Of a DNA stretch of 64,000 nucleotides, positions 38,471 through 48,831 are shown one piece after another; the first letter of the stretch is position 1, and each line of letters begins with the position of its first letter. The notes under the pieces were generated by a model that was given only the letters and a program-made list of their open reading frames with translations, was not told the origin of the DNA and did no database searches. A program made the translations under genes and the position numbers. Source of the DNA: an uncultured Gemmatimonadales bacterium (GTDB taxonomy: Bacteria; Gemmatimonadota; Gemmatimonadetes; Gemmatimonadales; JACORV01); the NCBI GenBank assembly GCA_963812035.1, contig CAWETG010000001.1:915594-979593 (forward strand). The letters are read 5' to 3'.

Positions 38471-38537
38471 CCCTTCAACCTAAGGGGAGGCTAACCTACC
38501 CTCGGAGAGAGACAAGAGGCAAGGAGGTGGGCAGAAC

Positions 38538-38654
38538 AGTTGCGAGACGCCGAGTTGCGAGTGGTTCCGAGGTGACCGGAGCACGGCTGCGAGGCCCCCT
38601 CTCCACCTCAGTACTCAGAACTCAGGACCACTCGCAACTCGGCGTCTCGCAACT
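38538..38654. repeat. inverted pair of the 27-nt dispersed repeat (28-bp stem, ~61-nt spacer)
   Basis: 38538-38565 agttgcgagacgccgagttgcgagtggt is the reverse complement of 38627-38654 accactcgcaactcggcgtctcgcaact. Lies between the divergent EF-G and SDR genes. Confidence 0.85.
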
Positions 38655-38750
38655 CGCCTGCCATCCGAATTCCGCGCCCTCAAGCCCGACGGGTTACGGG
38701 CCGCTCACGAGCCGTGGCGGTTTCACTGGGCGGGCCGCATACTCTGTCGC

Positions 38751-39464
38751 GTGAACTGGCAATTCGAGCTGGCGGTGGTCACCGGCGCTTCCCAGGGTAT
38801 CGGCAAGGCGCTGGCGCAGGGCCTCGTCGACCGCGGCGCTGCGGTGGCCGTCTGCGCCCGCAACGCGCTGGCCGTCGAGCGCTTCGCCTCCGAGCTGCGG
38901 GCGGGGGGCGGCAAGGCCTTCGGCGCCCCGTGCGACGTACGGGACGAAGCGGAGGTCGCCGGCTTCGCGGCGCGGGTGCAGCGGGAGATGGGTGCGCCGA
39001 CCATCCTCATCAACAACGCCGGCGTCGCCCGGTTCGCGCCCGTCACCGACATGACGGTGGAGCAGTGGGACGAGGTGATCGCGACCAACCTGCGGGGGAT
39101 GTTCCTGGTGACGCGCGCGTTCCTGCCGGCGATGCTGGCGCACGGTCGCGGCGCGATCGTCAACATCGCCTCGCTGGCCGGCCGCAACGGCTTCGCCGGC
39201 GGCGCCGCCTATTGCGCCTCGAAGCACGGCGTGCTCGGCTTCTCCAAATCGCTGATGATGGAAGTGCGGAAGCGCGACATCCGGGTCATCGCCGTGTGCC
39301 CGGGGTCCGTCGACACCGCCTTCTTCGACGGGAACACACCGTTCCAGCCCGACCGCGAGAAGGTCCTCCGCGCCGAGGACGTCACGCACGTCGTGCTCGA
39401 GACGCTGGAACTGGACGAGCGCGCCACGGTCTCCGAGCTGGACATCCGCCCGACCAATCCGTAG
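38751..39464 (+). CDS. short-chain dehydrogenase/reductase (SDR)
   Basis: 237 aa. VVTGASQGIGKA, NNAG, YCASKHG catalytic Tyr-x3-Lys. Confidence 0.9.
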   Translation: MNWQFELAVVTGASQGIGKALAQGLVDRGAAVAVCARNALAVERFASELRAGGGKAFGAPCDVRDEAEVAGFAARVQREMGAPTILINNAGVARFAPVTDMTVEQWDEVIATNLRGMFLVTRAFLPAMLAHGRGAIVNIASLAGRNGFAGGAAYCASKHGVLGFSKSLMMEVRKRDIRVIAVCPGSVDTAFFDGNTPFQPDREKVLRAEDVTHVVLETLELDERATVSELDIRPTNP

Positions 39465-39476
39465 CGCCGGCGGGCC

Positions 39477-40340
39477 CTACTTTCCGCGCCGCGAAGCGAA
39501 CACGCGCTGCATCTCGTCGTACGGCACCCCCCACTCCCTGACGAGCTCGATGGTGCCGTGGTCGTGGAGCTCGCGCGCCGCGCGCCGCGCCAGGCCGAAG
39601 GCCGCGCGGGCGATTCCGGACCCAACGCTGATGCGTCTCACGCCGAGTGCCGACAACTCGGCGACGGACGGGCCGTCCGGCACCACGAGTATGTTCACCG
39701 GGCCGCGGATGCCGCGCACCAGCTCGGCGATCGTTTCCCGGTCGCGGACGAACGGGACGAACACCGAATCCGCCCCGGCATCCAGGTACGTGTTGCCCCG
39801 CTCGATCGCCTCTGCGATCCGCCCGGGCGACGGCTGACCGAAGTGGAACACGTCCGTCCGGGCGTTGATCACGACCGGCACACCGAGCTCCGCGCCGGCG
39901 GCGCGGGCCGCGAAGACACGCTCGGCGTGCACCGGCGCCGCGAGCAGCACCCGCCTGCTCCGGCCCCGCGCGTCCTCGAGATTGAGGCCCACCGCCCCTG
40001 CCGCGACGACGTCGCGCACCGTCCTCGCCACCGCTATCGCGCCTACGCCGTAACCCGCCTCGACGTCCGCCGTGACGGGGACGGAGACCGCCGCCGCGAT
40101 GCGCCGCACCGAGTCCAGCATCTGCCTGCGCTTGATGTGCTCGCCGTCGGCAAGGCCCCAGGCATACGCGACGCCCGCGCTGGTCGTCGCCACCACGGGG
40201 AAGCCCGCCTCCTCGAACAGGCGGGCGCTGCCGGCGTCCCATGCGTTGGCCAGCACCAGGGGCCGGTCGGCGTGGTGGAGCGCGCGCAGCGACTCGGCCT
40301 GCTGCCGAAGGGCGTCGGGCACCATGACTAAGGGTGTCAT
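39477..40340 (-). CDS. isocitrate lyase/PEP mutase superfamily (2-methylisocitrate lyase / phosphonomutase-like)
   Basis: 287 aa. LANAWDAGSARL, GLNLEDA, VINARTD. Confidence 0.8.
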   Translation of the reverse strand: MTPLVMVPDALRQQAESLRALHHADRPLVLANAWDAGSARLFEEAGFPVVATTSAGVAYAWGLADGEHIKRRQMLDSVRRIAAAVSVPVTADVEAGYGVGAIAVARTVRDVVAAGAVGLNLEDARGRSRRVLLAAPVHAERVFAARAAGAELGVPVVINARTDVFHFGQPSPGRIAEAIERGNTYLDAGADSVFVPFVRDRETIAELVRGIRGPVNILVVPDGPSVAELSALGVRRISVGSGIARAAFGLARRAARELHDHGTIELVREWGVPYDEMQRVFASRRGK

Positions 40341-41254
40341 TTCTCTCCCTCGGCCGCCTTCCCGTGGCGGCTGAAAAAGTCCCAGATCGCGAAGGTCGCG
40401 TCGAAGTCGCGACAGACCCGGCCGATGTAGCGTTGCGGCAGGTACTGCGGGCCACCGGGCCAGGTGTGGCCGCCGCCCTCCAGCGTGTACAGCCAGACCT
40501 CGGTGCGCTTGCGCCCGCCGCTCCAGCGCTGCCAGTGCGTCCGGCAGCCGTCGGTGGGGTCCGTGTCGGGGAGATCGCCCGTCGCGGCCGCCGCGCGGAT
40601 CCCGTCCGCGTCCTCCCAGCGCTGCGCCGTCGCCTCCGCCCCCAGCTCGCTCCCCAGGCGCCCTCCGTCCACCGCCCCTCCGGCGTACGGGACGAGCGGG
40701 TCGGCCGTTCCCTGCATCACGAGCACCGAGACCGGCGCCGCCGGCGCGAACCGGCGCGCGAACGGCGCCGCGATCCCTCCGGCGACGGACGCGATGGCCG
40801 CGATGCGCCGGGAGAGGTTGGCGGCCAGGTAGTGCGAGAAGGTCGCGCCGTTGGAAAGGCCGGTCGCGAAGATGCGCCGGGGATCGAGGCGCAACTCGGC
40901 CTGGAGCGAATCGATGAGGGCCGCGACGAACCCCACGTCGTCGACGTTGAGGCGTTGCGCCACGGAGCCAGAGATGTGCCGGCCGTCATTCCAGCTTCGG
41001 CCGACTCCGTCGGGATACGCGACCGCGAAGATGTCGCGGTCGGCCAGGGCGCTGAAGCCCGTCAGCCGCTCCATCCCCGCGCCGTCGCCACCTCGACCGT
41101 GGAACACGAGGACCAGAGCGGCGGTCCCCTCGCGGGGCAGGCGTGGAGGGACATGGAGACGATAGTGGCGCTCGAGCCCGCCGACGCTCAGCGTGCGGGC
41201 CACCGTCTGCGCGCGCGCGGTCGGGGCGCCGAACGCGAGCGCAGCGGCGACCAA
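40337..41254 (-). CDS. secreted alpha/beta esterase (PHB depolymerase/LpqC-like family)
   Basis: 305 aa, TTG start. LVLVFHGRGGDG, GLSNGA nucleophile elbow, MQGTADPLVPY. Confidence 0.75.
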   Translation of the reverse strand: MVAAALAFGAPTARAQTVARTLSVGGLERHYRLHVPPRLPREGTAALVLVFHGRGGDGAGMERLTGFSALADRDIFAVAYPDGVGRSWNDGRHISGSVAQRLNVDDVGFVAALIDSLQAELRLDPRRIFATGLSNGATFSHYLAANLSRRIAAIASVAGGIAAPFARRFAPAAPVSVLVMQGTADPLVPYAGGAVDGGRLGSELGAEATAQRWEDADGIRAAAATGDLPDTDPTDGCRTHWQRWSGGRKRTEVWLYTLEGGGHTWPGGPQYLPQRYIGRVCRDFDATFAIWDFFSRHGKAAEGEK

Positions 41255-41415
41255 TGCAACCCCACCCCGAGTGATGCTCAGCGCCGAGCCCCCACTGACA
41301 ACGCGAGACTACCGGACCGGATCATACCGGAAGGAATGCGACGACCGGGGCGTACCATCAACCCCCTTCCTCATCGGTGGTAGCAGACGTGCGACGGTCG
41401 GACGCCGAAACGCAA

Positions 41416-41438
41416 AGGGCCCCGATAGTGGGGGCCCT
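41416..41438 (-). terminator. rho-independent terminator 3' of tRNA-Cys
   Basis: Stem agggcccc/ggggccct, 7-nt loop. The minus strand continues TTGCGTTTCGG. Confidence 0.65.
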
Positions 41439-41446
41439 ACGCGAAG

Positions 41447-41520
<74 letters not shown>

Positions 41521-41593
41521 GGGGCTTGTAACCTCGCTTCCCGCTTCGCGTTTCTCAACCTGCCGCCGAACGCGTGATCGCCGGCTCCCGCCG

Positions 41594-41613
41594 TTGGTGG
41601 CAGAATTGGTGGC
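41594..41613 (+). promoter_or_regulatory. candidate arm-type integrase binding sites (2 x TTGGTGGC, 12-bp phasing)
   Basis: ttggtggcagaattggtggc lies between the corrected int stop and attL. The same TGGTGGC pair with the same 12-bp period occurs at 54747-54767. Confidence 0.5.
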
Positions 41614-41625
41614 GGTCAGAGTGTC

Positions 41626-42844
41626 CTACGCGCTCCGGAGACCGTCTCGGGCGGCCTTCGCCCGGGCCTCCGCCTCGGCATCCTGGGCGCCCGAGAGGCT
41701 CGCGGCCACCCGCGCGGCGTCCTCGGCGAAGTAGCTCTCCGGCGCGTGCTTCATGTACCGGAGCGTCATGTGCGGCGTGGCCTAGCAGCTTCTGGAGCCG
41801 CACGATCGGGACGCCGGCCTGCGCGCAGTGGACGCCGAACGTATGCCGCAGGTCGTGCAGCGTGACGGCGTGGAGCTTCGCCTGGTCGCAGGCGCGCGTG
41901 AAGGCCCGGCGGGCGCGCCGGTAGTCGCCCAGGTCGCCGGGAAAGACTAGATCCGCCGGGCCTGCGGGGCACCGTGCCAGATGCTCGCCCAGGACGGCCG
42001 CCAGGGGCTCGGGGATCGGGACGTCCCGCGCGCTCGAGGCCGTCTTCAGCGACCGCACCCCCTCGCAGATCGTGATGCGCCGCTCCGCCAGCCGCACGTC
42101 GGCGCCGAGCAGACCCTGCGCCTCACCGACCCGCATGCCGGTGTAGACCAGGGTGGCGAACAGCGGCCACCACGCGCGCGGACTCGCCGCCTCGAGCTGG
42201 CGGACCTCGTCGGCCGAGAGCCACCGCTCGCGGCCAGCGGGCTCGCGTTCGCGCCGGATCTTCGGGCGGTGCACGGTGAGGCCTCGCTCCTCGGTGCACC
42301 AGGTCAGCAGGGCCATCAGGGCGCACAAGTCGCGATTGACGGTCCCCGGCGCCGCGCCGGTCTTCCCGCGCGCCTGGCGGAAGTCGGCGACGAACCCCTT
42401 GCCCAGGTCGACCAGGCCGGCGTCGCGCCCGCGGGGCAGCGCGGCGAGGAGGCGCTGCCAGCTCATCCGATAGCGGCGGACGGTCCGCGGCGCGTAGCGA
42501 CGTCGGGTCTTCGCACTCACCGCCGCCGGCGACTCGAGCCAGGCGAGCCACGCATCCAGGAGCGGCCCGATCGCGGGACTCGCGGCGCGCGCCTGCAGCT
42601 GCTCGAGCTCGTCGCCCCGCTTCTCGTACGCAGCGAAGACGTCGGGGAGTGTGAGCCGCCCTGTGGCGAGCAGCTCGAGGAGATCTCGGCGTCCGGCGCG
42701 CTTCAGCGCCGTGAGCATGTGCTCCATGTCCTCGGCGCGCGCCTTGGTGGTGGTGCCCGTCGAGAGCTTGAGCCGAGGGAACCCGCGCCAGCGCAGGTCG
42801 ACGTAGTAGGTCGTCCCGCCGTCCTGTCGCTTAAAGGGGCTCAC
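41626..42844 (-). pseudogene. tyrosine recombinase (phage integrase), frameshifted before the catalytic Tyr
   Basis: Track ORF 41555..42844 reads ..VRLQKLLGHAAHDAPVHEARAG.. (nonsense tail). Shifting frame at ~41773 gives ..LGHA-HMTLRYMKHAPESYFAEDAARVAASL..RSA* ending at TAG 41626. R..H.LRH box (TLHDLRHTF) and N-terminal arm-binding-like YYVDLRWRG are present. Confidence 0.85.
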
Positions 42845-43062
42845 GCCACTCTTGTCCTCGCTGCGAGCCAGGCCTCGACGTCGCCGCGGCGCCAGCGCAG
42901 CGTGCGCACCGCAAGTCGCATCGACGGGATCCCGAGCTCATAGACCCGCTTGGGTCGCACCCCGAGATAGCGTGCCACCTGCTCCGCCGTCCAGAGGGGT
43001 TCCGGATCGGCCGGCGGCGACAGCTCGCCGCGGTGCAGCTCAAGATGGGGAGCGTCGACCAC
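42841..43062 (-). CDS. excisionase-type HTH protein (xis-like)
   Basis: Tail of track ORF 42841..43155. GTG 43062 follows GGGGAGGG. LWTAEQVARYLGVRPKRVYELG..RWRRGDVEAWL. GTGA overlap with the int start. Confidence 0.6.
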   Translation of the reverse strand: MVDAPHLELHRGELSPPADPEPLWTAEQVARYLGVRPKRVYELGIPSMRLAVRTLRWRRGDVEAWLAARTRVA

Positions 43063-43067
43063 GGGCC

Positions 43068-43433
43068 TCAGCCCTCCCCGAGGATCTTCTGCAGGGTCTC
43101 GACGGGCAGGAGTGGCGTACCTTCGGCGCCGGTGAACTCGTGGCGATCGCGCCACCGGCGCGGCGCCCGGTTCTTCAGGAAGAAGATCACCTCCGTGCCC
43201 GACGCCTCGCCCCGGATCACCCGCGCCGCGAGGTTCTCTTCGGCCTCAGTCGCGACCAGCTCGTCGGCTTCCTCGCGAGCCTCCTCGACCTGGCGATCGA
43301 ACTCTAGGTCGGCCTTCCGCCAGCGGTAGATCGTGGAGGCGTCCAGGCGCGCGCCGTTCTTCGCGGCCAGCTCCAGGGTGAGCATGCCCGTGCGATAGAG
43401 CGCCAGGAATGCGCTTTTAGAGGATCGAATCAA
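43068..43433 (-). CDS. terminase small subunit-like HTH protein
   Basis: 121 aa. ..ASTIYRWRKADLEFDRQVEEAREEA.. then FFLKNRAPRRWRDRHE, a pattern I associate with phage TerS proteins. No large terminase in the element. Confidence 0.55.
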   Translation of the reverse strand: MIRSSKSAFLALYRTGMLTLELAAKNGARLDASTIYRWRKADLEFDRQVEEAREEADELVATEAEENLAARVIRGEASGTEVIFFLKNRAPRRWRDRHEFTGAEGTPLLPVETLQKILGEG

Positions 43434-43652
43434 TGCGATTCATGGTCCGGTCGGTGGTCGCGGCAGAGGCCGGGCGCTTCGGCGACCTTCTCGGGCGGGA
43501 CACCCCAGCTGGACAGTACGATCACACGGGCTGCTATCCGCGTTTCGGCCGCCGAAATCCCCACAGGTGCGGCCGGCGGTAGGAGACCGGACGCGGGGCA
43601 TGCTTCACCGTCGCGCGTGCGGTGCGCGGCCGACGCGGAGTCGAGTTCTTGG

Positions 43653-45681
43653 TCATAGCGCCGACGCCAGTGCGGCCGAGGAGGCGTCAGGGGCAACCGC
43701 CACGGGCCTGGGGTGGCACACGCCGCAGACCACGTGCCCACCGGGGTCCCCGTACCAGTGGGCACGGTGGGAGTCGGGGAACGAGCATGGAGCCGTGGTG
43801 CCCGAAGGGGTTGCCGTCCTCCTGGTGTGCGCCTCGCGCACCGCGTGGTCGAAGTGGGCGAGCGCGAGCCGGCGCGGAAGGGTCCCGCGATCAGTCCGGA
43901 TCCGTTCGGCGATCGCCGCGCAGGCGGTCGCGACCGGGATGCCGTCCTGTTCCCACGAGGACGCCCAGCCAGCGGCCTCCTCAACCGACGTGACCAGCAG
44001 CCCGAGCGTGCCGGCAGGCAGCTCCGCGATCACGCGATTGCCCGCGACGACGCAGGCCGCCGTGTACGCGTCCGGAGCCGGTCCCGGCGCTGCGGGCTCC
44101 GTGACGGGCACAACGGGCACTATCTGGGTTGTTTCTGAAACTTCCCTGTCCGCGCGCGCATGAGGGGAGTTATTGGGAACGGGGTGGAATGTGCCCGTTG
44201 TGCCCGTTCCCGTCAGGTCTGCAGCGGCCGCGGTCGTTCCTTCGGCGGCATCCCTCAGCCACAAACCGGACCAGATCCGCGTCCCACCCGCGCCGTGTTT
44301 CCCGCGACTGAACCCGCGAGCCAGGAGGCGAGCAGCGAAGGCCTTGCCCTGCAGAGGTCGCTCGCCGTTCGCTTCACAGAACCGCCCGTAGGCCGCTCGC
44401 AGCTCCGCAGCGACGACCCAGCCGTCCCGATCAGGCTCGCACCGCTCCTCGAGGAAGTCGCGGAGTGGATCCATGTCCGCGCGGTACTCGGCCGTGGCCC
44501 GCCTGATGACATCGGGCGGCTTGAGCCCGTCGCGCTGCCAGGCCAAGCAGCCCCGCACGGCCCACGCGAGGACGGCGGGGCCACGCCTGCACCGGATCCC
44601 GGAGAACCGCCTTCACGTCTGGGTCGCGTTCGGCTTCCGGGATCTCGACGTTGAAGGGGACGCGGAGCACGCGGCGCCACAGCGCGGCATCGTCGTCGCG
44701 GGCGCGCGGGGCCGAGTTGGCGACCAGCCAGAGCTTGAGCTGCGGGCGAAATTCGAAGCTCTCCTGGTACAGATACCGCGCGGTGACGGTGTCGCCGCCC
44801 GTGATGAGCTTCACGAGGCCCTCGGCGAGCGCCCGCCCCTCGTCCACCTCGATCGACACGACAAGCCGGGCGCCCGCCAGTGCCGCCACGTCATTCCGGG
44901 GGCCGCCGCTGGGTGGCCGCTTGAGAAAGGTCTCGAAGTCGGCCGTGACCGAGTGGTCGCCCAGCGCCGCCTTGAGCGCCTCGACGAACGTGGACTTGCC
45001 GGCCGCGGTGGGCCCGTGGAGGAAGAACAGCACCTCCTCGCGCGTGTCGCCGGTCAGCGAGTAGCCGGCGGCCCGTTGCAGGAACTCGCGCACGTCGGGG
45101 TCCGGGACGACGCGCTCGAGGAAGCGGTCCCAGAGGTCGCAGCGCGCGTCGGCGTCGTAGGCCACCGGGCTGAGCTTCGTGATGCTGTCGGCGGCGGCGG
45201 CCTTCCGGAGCTCGGCGGTGCGAAGATCGAGCGTGCCGTTGGCGCAGTTGAGGAGCCACGGGTCCGCGTCGAAGTCCGCCGGGACGGCCGCGATGAGCCG
45301 TTCGCACTGCGCCAGCGAGAGCATCGCCCGGATCCGGTGCTCGCTCATCGACCCCAAGGCGTGTTTCGCGAGGGGGGCATCGAAGGGGTTGGCGTTCGAA
45401 GCCTCGAGATAGATCGACCGCACGAGATCGGTTGCCCGGAGACGCACCTGGTTGTGGTCGTCGCGAGCCCACCGGTGCCCGTCGAAGAGGAGCCACTGGT
45501 TCCACGGCTTCACGAAAGCCGTGTCCGGGTTGCACCGCGCGAACCGCTCCGCGTTGGCGAGGTCGGTGTAGCGTCGCTCGCGCTCGGCGTTCTGGTGAAT
45601 CACGTCAGCCTGGCCGCGGTCGAGGTGGATCGCAGGCGCCTCGGCCGGCGACGGATGAGGTTGCGCGGACGAGCTGCTCAC
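43653..45681 (-). pseudogene. P4-family primase / D5-like SF3 helicase, split by a frameshift
   Basis: ORF 44431..45681 has TDLANAERFA, the LLNCANGTLDL linker and the Walker A GPTAAGKST. It continues as ..VQAWPAVLAWAVRGCLAWQRDGL.. only after dropping 1 nt in the GGGG run at 44577-44580 (joins ORF 43653..44558). The C-terminal ~150 aa is an extra Cys/His-containing region. Confidence 0.85.
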
Positions 45682-46004
45682 GGAACGAGCTCGCGGCCGA
45701 CGATCCGGATCCGCCGGCCTGGCGGCTGGCGGGTTCTCTCCCGCTTGGGCGCCGGCAGCAGCTCGCCCAGGGCGCGCAACGTGTCGGCGTCACCCTCGGC
45801 GAGGCGGGCCCGCGCTAGGTGCTTGCACACGCCCCGGCGCATCGCGTGGTCCGGGCAGTCGCAGGTGTCCGCTGTCAGGTCGACGATGTGCGGCGCCGAG
45901 CCCCCGGTGATCCGCCAGCGACCGTCCGGCAGACGCTCGGCCTCGAGGTGCACAGCTCGAGCCAGGCGGGTGCGATCGACGGTGGTGGGCCAGGGGTTGG
46001 GCAT
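45678..46004 (-). CDS. SWIM zinc-finger protein
   Basis: From ATG 46004 of track ORF 45678..46094. CDCPDHAMRRGVCKHL = CxCx(n)CxH SWIM signature. Confidence 0.65.
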   Translation of the reverse strand: MPNPWPTTVDRTRLARAVHLEAERLPDGRWRITGGSAPHIVDLTADTCDCPDHAMRRGVCKHLARARLAEGDADTLRALGELLPAPKRERTRQPPGRRIRIVGRELVP

Positions 46005-46011
46005 CGTGCGC

Positions 46012-48460
46012 TCAGTAGGTGGCGATCTTGGTGGCGTTCCGGAAGCCGCTATCCTCCTGCAACCCCTTGAGGTGCAGGTTCTGCAGAATGCCACGACTGC
46101 GCTCGAGCGCGGTCTCCCAGTCGCTCGTGTCGAAGGCGCGAATCTCCCAGCGGTGATTGTGATTCGTGTACGAGGGCTGCAGCGCCGGCTGGCTCGCGAC
46201 GGACACCGCGCCAGGTAGCCCGTTGAGCACGTGGCCAGGCAGGGAGGGCGCGGGGAAACCGAACGCCCCGAAACCGAACGCGCCGAGGGCGGACTGGGTG
46301 GCGCTGAGGGCGGAATGGAAGGCCCTGTCGACGGCGGGGAAGCCCCTCAAGCTCGTGCCCCACGAACTCGTCGGTCCCGCGCCGCCACCACCACCACCGC
46401 CTCCGCCACCGCCAGCGGCGGCATTCTCCGCGCTCCGCATTCCGAGCGCGATCTCCACTTTCTTGCTGAGGAATTCGCTGACGATGCGGGCGAGCATCTG
46501 GCGCAGCGTCTGGGCCACATTCGCTGTGCCCATGATGAGGCCCTCGATCAGGCTCTTCCCGGCGCTCACGCCTTCCGATCTCGCGATCGCGGAGAGATCC
46601 CCGGCCTCCAGCTGCTTGCGGAACGTCTCGGCCACCGCGTCCCCGGTCGTCTTGGCCACCGCGCGGCGATAGGTCTCGGCGTTGATGGCGCCCTCGAGGA
46701 AGAGCGCCTGCAGCTTGGCGAGGTCGATCGTGAGCTTCTCCGTCGGCGTCATGAGCTCTTCGGTGATGCGTCCGGCCTCCGCGAAGCGTTCGCTCATCCG
46801 GCCCAGCGTGTCCTCGGTGCGCTGCTGGGCGAGGATCGCCTCCCGGTATGCCGACGAGCTGGCGCAGGGTCAGTCCCGTGCCGTGGATCACGGTCGCCAG
46901 TCGAGACGTGGAGCCCATGAGATGTCTGCACGCCCTCGGCGAGCGCCGACTGCCGCGCCTGACGTCGTCATAGGCCGGACCCAAGAGCAGGGCCTGGACG
47001 TCGATGGCGTGCAGCTTGTTCGCGAACTCCTCGACCGCCTTGGCCTTCTCGTCCGCGTTGCCCGTGCCCAAGTACTGGCCCATGCAGGCCGGCAGCACTC
47101 GCTGGATCCGGCGCGCTCGCCCTCGGCGAACACCGCAGAGTAGATGCCGCCATGCTTGCGGATGACTCCGTGGCCGCCGCCCAGTCGCTCGCCAGCAGGT
47201 GCGCGGCGTCGCGCCCGTGCTCGGCGGCGATCTTGATCGCCTCAGCGTGCCGCTGCGTCAGGGCGATACTAGTCTGCGTGTCGCGGTCGGCGCCGGCCTC
47301 CGCCTCGTTCGCTAGCTGCTGCTCGCGGGCGTTGTTGTGCAGGATCGCACCCAGGAGGGCGAGCGCGCCGGCCAGAACCAGCACCGGCCCGGCCGCGACC
47401 GCCAGCCGCATCGCCGCCGCCTGGACACCCAGCAGCGTCGCCGTGAAGCCTGTCGCGGCGAGCCCCGCCACCGCGAAGTCGGCGCCGATCGCGGCGACCA
47501 GGCCCCGGAGGGCGACGAACGCCGTGCCGAGCCCGGTCACCGCCGCGGCCGCCTGGAGGAGCTTCCCCAACAGGAGGACGAGCGGGCCCGCCACGAGCGC
47601 CACGCCGGCCAGCGCCCCGACGGTTGCTTGCACCGGCCCCGGCAGGCCGCTGAAGGCCGCGACGAGCTGGACGACGAGGCCGCCCAGATCCCGCACGCCG
47701 CCCATGGCGCGCATGGCCGCCGGCATCAGCAGGTTGCCCAGGGACTCGGCCGCGTCCTTGACGGCCGCGTGCATCTGGCGCAGCCGACCGATCGGGTTGT
47801 CCATCGCCGGCGCCAGCGTCCCGTACTGCTTGCTGGTCTGCTGCAGGATCGTGACCAACGTTGCCGCACTCTTGGCCTGGATGCTCATCTGCTCGGTGCC
47901 GCTGATGAAACCCATCCGCAGCGCGATCTGCTTCAGGGCCACGTCGTTGGTGTAGATCCCCAGGTCCTTGAGGCCGCGCGTCGCGCCGGCGAGGCCGCGG
48001 GCTAGAGCCCCTCCGTCACCTGCTCGATCGGCGTCCCGAAGCGCTGGGTGATGTTCTGCGCGATGCTGGTCAGCGCCTCGCTCGCGGCGAGCGCCTGCTG
48101 AGGCTTGAAATCGAGGCCCGAGAGCACGCGCTCGAAGCCCACCATCTGGCTCTGGATGTCGACCAGGTTGAGCCCCAGGCCGCGGGCGAGGCTTGAGGCA
48201 AAGCCGCTCGCGTCGCCCGCGAGCCGGCCGAACGTCGCCGCGAACGCGCGCTCGGTGCGGTCCATCTCGCTCGCCGACTTGAAGGCCTCGTAGCCCACGG
48301 CGGCGAGCGGCGCGGAGACGCCGATCGAGAGGCTGGAGCCGATGGAGCTCAGCCGCGCCCCGGCGGTCGCCAGGCCCGCCTCGAGCGCCGTGAGGCCGCG
48401 CGTGAGCTCGGCGAAGTCGCCGCGGAAGAGGACATCCACGATGCCGGCGCGGACGCTCAC
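46012..48460 (-). pseudogene. tail tape measure protein, fragmented over at least 4 frame changes
   Basis: The high-GC3, TMP-like reading path jumps between track ORFs 48002..48460, 46968..48482, 46888..47133, 46049..47098 and 46012..46797, at ~48008, ~47165, ~47100 and ~46850. Contains a hydrophobic Gly/Ala-rich core and a poly-Gly tract. Confidence 0.75.
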
Positions 48461-48831
48461 GAGGGACTCCTGTGCATTTCACGTTTCAGGTTCTGCAGGT
48501 CCGCGCGTGCGGCCTCGACGCTGCGGCGCTGTTCACTCTCCGGGCGTTGCCCAGCCCCTGTGTGCCGCGGTGGCCGGTAGTGCCGCGGATGGGCAGGCTT
48601 CCCCGTCATAGCGTTGACCATCACGGCCGCCAGCTGGGCCGTCCGATCCCAGGCCAGGTCATCCTCGAGCAGCCAGCCCTCCAGCCGTTGCCCGAACTCC
48701 ACCATCGTTAGCCGACCGAAGTCCCACGGCAGGAGCTGCAAGATGCCGTAGGCGAGCGGCTCAGAGCGCCTCAGCCAGTGGCCGAATCCGACGCCGGCGG
48801 TGGCACTGGCGCCGGCGTCCCCGGAGGGGGG
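48457..48831 (-). CDS. tail assembly chaperone -1 frame extension (gpT-like part of G/GT)
   Basis: The track ORF 48457..48741 frame stays open upstream across the gpG-like stop and is -1 relative to it. Slippery C CCC CCT heptamer at 48825-48831. ..LTMVEFGQRLEGW.. GTGA overlap with the TMP start. Confidence 0.5.
   Translation of the reverse strand, partial: PPSGDAGASATAGVGFGHWLRRSEPLAYGILQLLPWDFGRLTMVEFGQRLEGWLLEDDLAWDRTAQLAAVMVNAMTGKPAHPRHYRPPRHTGAGQRPESEQRRSVEAARADLQNLKREMHRSPS

Noticed and set aside
43434-43652. Possible small HTH ORF (..AETRIAARVIVLSSWGVPPEKVAEAPGL..) between the primase and the TerS-like gene.
   Set aside because: It is the tail of an otherwise implausible 184-aa ORF (43430..43984). 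There is no start or RBS, GC3 is only moderate, and it may be another decayed fragment.
46381-46420. GGN/CCN-rich tract (poly-Gly, AAGGGGGGGGGGGAG) as a separate repeat element.
   Set aside because: It is in-frame low-complexity coding sequence within the tape-measure remnant, which is common in TMPs.
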